Assembly: GCA_032718475.1 (NCBI GenBank)
Contig: JAUCBJ010004176.1
Coordinates: 83,349 to 147,348 of the forward strand
From: Nemertoderma westbladi
Lineage: Eukaryota > Animalia > Xenacoelomorpha
Direction: 5' to 3'
Length of the DNA: 64,000 bases
The notes under the pieces were generated by a model that made no database searches, was not told the DNA's origin, and saw nothing but the letters and a program-made list of their open reading frames with translations. Made by a program: the position numbers and the translations under genes. The stretch's first letter is position 1, and every line of letters begins with the position of its first letter. Shown here piece by piece: positions 58,401 to 64,000 of this stretch.

Positions 58401-61400
58401 GTACAACAATATCACCAGTATCCCAGCCTTGATAGTTACTTCGTCCTTAGTGAAGCAACATGGGACGAATTGCAACAGTTAGGGGTTCCAGCTCAACCTA
58501 GGGATGATATAGAGTTGGCAAGGGAAGTTGATGCTGCCTATGAAGTCTTTCAAAGCAAATTGAATCAGCTCACTGATAATTTCACTGCTGGAGACCAACC
58601 GGATCCCAAGGTACACCCTTCTTTGTTTTACCACATGAAGGAAACTGTGCTTCACATTCGCCTGGCTATGTCTGCATTCAATGAAGCAGCATTGAGACTA
58701 CATAGCACTAAGGTAAGTGTTGCCCTCACCCAGCATATGGCTGAAATGGCTGAGCGTTTTAGGAGTATTCTTTCATTTGAGGAACATATTACCATAACGA
58801 ATCCCACTGAAGTTGATATCGAAAGCTCAGGTAAGATAGACAAAATTAAATACCAGGAGTCAGAAATTAATTCGGAGTTTGAAAGTGGCACTGGGCCCCA
58901 GCAACCCGACGCCATCTCTATGTATCTTACTGATTACATAGCAATTGTTGGCGAAGCTGAGTTACGTCGGCGACTATGTGGACTAGCACCTAGTAGTGAT
59001 GCTGCTCGCTTAGTCTTAGAGGAAATAGACCAAGCTCAAGAGAACGCCAGGCAACGAAAGATTGAGCTATTGAACAGGGAACGGGAACGGGACAAGGCAT
59101 TAGATGAATTAGAACAACAGCTTTCCGCAGAAAAATTGGCAGCTGCTAAGGAAGCAGCAAGAGTGAAGTTAGAAGCCACCGAGGCAGCAGTACGCTTAAA
59201 GGAGCTTGAAGTCGAACGAAAAAGGGCCACACTATTGCGAGATCATGATAATGAAAAACAAATAAATGATTTGCAAGTTTCAGAAACAGCAAGTTCAGCT
59301 ATAAAAGCAAGAAGAATAAATCGCTTTACCTCATCAGATGAAGATACATCAACTGAAACTGACTGCCGGAGTAACATTTCACGATCTTCACAAAGCAAGA
59401 GAAGACGTGCTCCGCGGCCTTCCATCCCATTACCAAACATGCCACCTAGGTACAATTCTCATGCATATGAGACAGCCGATGATAATATTTTAATTTTGTC
59501 CAATACACCCATACAAACTCCAAATAACCAAAATACATTACTTGGAACTGAGCTCCAAGTATCAACTACTAGGCCTCTTAGAAGCTCTATTCAACCTACA
59601 CACACACACTCTATCAATGAACATACATCAGCCCTCACAAAATTAAATTTAAGTACAATTCCAGAGATAGAGGAACCGGGAGCAGTAGTTAGACCATCAG
59701 TTAGGGAAAACACGCCTGCTCTCACTGCAAGTGAAAGTAATGAAGTGCAGTCACAAACCTATTGCCATTCTAATGGCCGTATGTCAAGTACTGCTCGGTT
59801 TATACAGGACAACCGCCTTTCTTTTGGAAGTGGTATGTCGCCTGTCATGCAGTGTCCTATGGAGCATTCGGACCTGATGACGAATCAAGCACCCACTGAA
59901 GTATCAGTAATGAGTCGGCCCGGGATTGCGCCTTCGGGTTTTGAACGGATTATGGGTCAACCTCAAAGGACAGCGATTGGTCACCTTTGGACACCAGAGG
60001 ATATGAGAGATCCAAAGAATAATTATCAAACCCAAGACAGTTGGAGAATTAGGAAAGATACTATGAAAGTACCCGAATTTAGAAATCCACAGGTTAATAG
60101 CATTAAGACTGATCCTGACTCGTTAGACGTTAATGAGGAACTTCATCACCTCCATGAATCCAAAATTAAGAGTAAGCAAGAAATTGAAAATCTTCAACAA
60201 GACATAAACATGCGCATTATGAAAAATGAGCAAGCCAGGGCCTTGGAAGAAATTAAACAGCAACTAGTTTTAAACCAGGACATGATAAGTGCCTCTAATA
60301 GGCAATTACCACCCAAGGCCACGAAACCAGGCATCCAAATACTCCAGAGAGCTTCTGACATGACAGGTATTCATGCAGAAGATTATAGGTTGAACCAGAT
60401 TAATGATAGTGACATTTTCAGTCGGACTGACTCCAGGCCTCAACAACCTCCCATACAAGTGAACCATCCTTACCCAGATGATACACCCAAATTTACCTAT
60501 CCTACACCACAAATTACTCCTGACTATTCCATACTAAATATGTCAGCACAAGAGAGTTTTACACGGCAGATGGCACGTACAGAAGCACGTCAAGCAGTGT
60601 CCACTGGAGAAACTCTTAAGTTCAATGGCGATGAACTAAAATGGCTGCCATTTAATGAGTATTATAAAGACACTATTCAAAATTCAGTGCTTTCTGATGG
60701 TGAGAAGTTAAGGTTTTTGATTGACTGTTTGGAAGGAGCCCCCAGAGCTATGGCTATGAAATATATTGGTCACCCTGGAGGATTGCAGCAATGTTGGAGT
60801 AATTTATGTGAACGTTATGGTAACAAAACTAACATAGCTAGATATATCTATGAAAGGTTAGTTGCCCGAAAGCGTATCACAGCCGCTGGACTGATTGAAT
60901 TTGCTGACGAAATTCAAGAGATGTGCCGGCAATTAGACTGGTTAAGTAGAACTGATGTTTATGATACAACCATGGTCGTAAATATGATAGCCAACAACCT
61001 ACCCAAGGGCAATGTAGGAAACAGGTGGGATAAACATGTCCTCCATCTGGAACGTAGCCAAAATAGAGAACCAAAAATGCAAGATTTTACCAAATTCCTG
61101 AAGGAAGAAGTAAAACTGCAATTGATGCGTGACCAAAGGGAACGCAATGAACCAAAGGTCAGTGAAAGGTTTGTGACCAGAAAGCGAGGAACTGTATACC
61201 ATGTAGACAGTGAAAGCTATTCATCGCCAGGTGAGGATATGGGTAGGGATAGTGCGAGTGAAGTATATTATACTAAACCGACTGGTAAGCTGAGGACTGG
61301 ACCAAGTACACCACCTAAATCCGGTCAAGTTAGTTACAAATCTAGTGCCCCTAGTAGAGACAAGCATTCCGGAGCCGACACTTATCCCTTGAAGGTGCAA

Positions 61401-64000
61401 AATGTACAATCTAATACAGACAGTCTGTCTACACGAAATTGCTCTTTATGTAAGGAGACGCACCGACTATCACGTTGCCCAGAATTTTTCAAGAAAACGC
61501 TTAAGGAAAGAAGGGCTACTGTGAGGTCACTTGGACTCTGTTTCGTTTGTTTACAATCTGGACATTTGAGAAACAAATGTCGGTTTGAAACAAAATGTCC
61601 CAAATGTAGTGAAAGACATCATGCTCTGTTACATATAGATCAACCTAAGGTAAGGGACCCAGAATATCATGTTCAATTTAGCGACTGCTATGACTCGAAC
61701 ACCTCATCTGATGCGGCGGATTTTTTCCCCGGAGAATTTTCTGATGAGGATGAATTGTGTAATATGTGTCATTCAGCCATATACAAGGCACTAACATATG
61801 AAACTCCATCAGACACTAATGATGATGAACTAAACAACCCAGCTCATGAGCAGGTGAGTAAGCGCATCCATCGACCCAAATATGGTATCCGTGAATTTCC
61901 TGTGGTCCAACTTCGTTTGCACACACCCCACTCCAGTGTCATTATAAATGCACTCATGGACACAGGTAGTACCGGAACATTTATTGATGAAGATTTAGCC
62001 AACATCTTGTTTAGAGACAAATACAAATTCCCCATGAAACTGCAACTATCAGGAATTATGCAAGTATGGAAGTCGACAGTTAGTACTAACTATTGCAAGG
62101 GAGCTCTATCAACACCATGGGATATTAATGGTAAGGACTGTTTGAGAAACATCAAAATGGTAGCCATCCCCAATTTTGCTCGCAGCCAAGCTGGCTTATA
62201 TAATTGGGATGAAGACAACCTTATTCAACAATTCAAAGTCCCTCGATATCCAGTTGACTATCCGGGAGTGCAAATGCTTATTGGGCAGAATGCTCATGAA
62301 GCACTTGAAACACTCGAGAAACGACCACCACATCCTCTGCCTTTGACGACTTATGCCGGAAGGACAAGGATCGGCTGGTTTTGTACTGGACCATCAGCTA
62401 AAACTTTGGCTGAACGAGAGAGCCGATCTGAAACCCTTCAATGTAACATGACTACCAAGTGTTCAATTTTTGAGGAAACAGATGAATTTGACCTCCAGTC
62501 TGATTCACTCAGTGAGCCTTCATCAAACAATGATGATGAACGAGTCTTCTATGATTGTGAAGAAGCTAGTCGATTGATCGATGATGGCGACATGTTACTA
62601 CATCAACAGGAGATATGTCATTTCACTAAATGGACCTCTTCACCAGACACTTACGATGACTTAAGTGAAGCTGCAGATAAGTTACGTCAGAATATTCTTG
62701 ATGAACATATCAGAGCATGGATGTCACAAGATGCTATGGAACCCAACTCATTTGATAAAGCACTGTCTGTGCAAGAGGAACGCGCCATCCATATTCAAAA
62801 ATCCACAACTAAATTTCTTCCAGAAGAAGGACGGTATGAGATAGGTCTCCTGTGGAAGAATGGTAAACCAGTGTTCCATAATAATAGGACATTAGCAGTA
62901 AAGCGAGCAGCCCAACTGAAGAAACGCCTAAAGGCTAACCCAATGGCTCATCAGATGTATAATACACAGATGAATAAATATATCGACAATGGTTATGCTG
63001 AAAGGGTCCCGAATGTTCTGGAAACCACGGACCGAACATATTATTTAACACATCACTATGTGGAGAGAGCAGACAAACCCAACCAAGTACGTGTTGTCTT
63101 TGATGGGTCAGCACTATTCCGAGGTCAATCACTCAATACTGAATTGATGCCAGGCCCAAACTTCTTACGACAACTGTTAGGTATTTTAATCAGATTGCGC
63201 CAATATTCAATTGCTTTCGCTTCTGATATAGAAGGGATGTTTTTGCAGGTGAAATCCTTAGTTGAGGATCGTGATAGCCTCCGATTCTTATGGTGGCCTG
63301 ATGGAGATCTGTCTAAGGAGCCACTGGAATATCGCATGGCGATACAAGCATTTGGTATTATATCAAGTCCCTCAAATGCGTGCTCCATTATACGAACCAC
63401 TATAATCGAAAGGACTTCTCCCCAGCTGTCATTGAGAACATAGAAAGGGACATTTATATGGATGATAAATCTTAAGTCGGTGCCAACTGTTGCAGAGGCC
63501 ATCAGTGTTGCACATGGCACTGTTGACTGTCTGAAGAGAGGTGGATTTCATTTAACGAAGTTTACCAGCAATAGCCGAGAGTTCCTCGAATCTATTGACC
63601 CTGCTGAGAGAGGAAATAAGGAACTAGACCTAGTTAGGGACGAGTTACCTGATACTAAAACATTGGGTCTTAAATGGTTAACAGAAACAGATGAGATGTG
63701 TTTCAAGTTGAAAATAAGACCTGAACGTGTGCGGACAAAGCGCATCTGCCTAAGTATTCTCAGTAGTTACTTTGATCCGATTGGGTTCATTAGCCCTGTC
63801 ATTCTTACAGCAAGAGGACTCGTTCAGGAAATGTGGAGTGAGAACAACTCCTGGGATGACCCCTTGTGCAGTGACTTGTTAGCACGTTGGTATAAGTGGG
63901 AAGATTCATTGCCTGACATCGAGAGAATGAGGATTCCCCGTACTTACTTCGGACACGTACTCCCCGACTACTCCTACCAACTTCATGCATTCGGAGATGC
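55500..64000 (+). mobile_element. BEL/Pao LTR retrotransposon (5' part; LTR start approximate, runs off the window)
   Basis: PBS-like aca-tcggtgcctccgactgg near 55931, a long leader, then gag-pol. Confidence 0.9.
57651..64000 (+). pseudogene. BEL/Pao gag-pol polyprotein with lesions
   Basis: ATG 57651 is in frame with ORF 57819-63443 but has TAA at 57735. Capsid FNGDELKWLPF, three Zn knuckles (CSLC, CFVC, CPKC), protease LMDTGS, RT VRVVFDGS and SDIEGMFLQV. YMDD at 63455 follows a frameshift; a second frameshift precedes GGFHLTKF, KTLGLKW, FDPIG and LHAFGDA. Confidence 0.93.

Overview
This is AT-rich animal genomic DNA with spliceosomal introns. A LATS/Warts (Hippo pathway) kinase gene on + spans 199-41879 in 7 visible coding exons, all joined in phase; its true 5' end probably lies upstream of the window. 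Its introns contain other genes. Intron 6729-20062 holds an intronless, same-strand MED15 ORF, followed by a partly duplicated array of 7 intact box C/D snoRNAs of the SNORD15/snR75 type, each apparently in its own GT-AG mini-intron of a non-coding host transcript. Intron 23206-41434 holds an antisense IFT46 gene with a probable repeat-expanded N-terminus, plus two satellite arrays. Downstream are the 3' exons of a convergent DEG/ENaC channel gene on -, a type I hammerhead ribozyme in a Penelope-like fragment, and a BEL/Pao LTR retrotransposon that runs off the end. Many MITE/foldback elements, LINE fragments (CRE, CR1/L2, RTE), tRNA-derived SINEs and poly-G tracts fill the rest. All calls come from reading motifs by eye; no database search was run.
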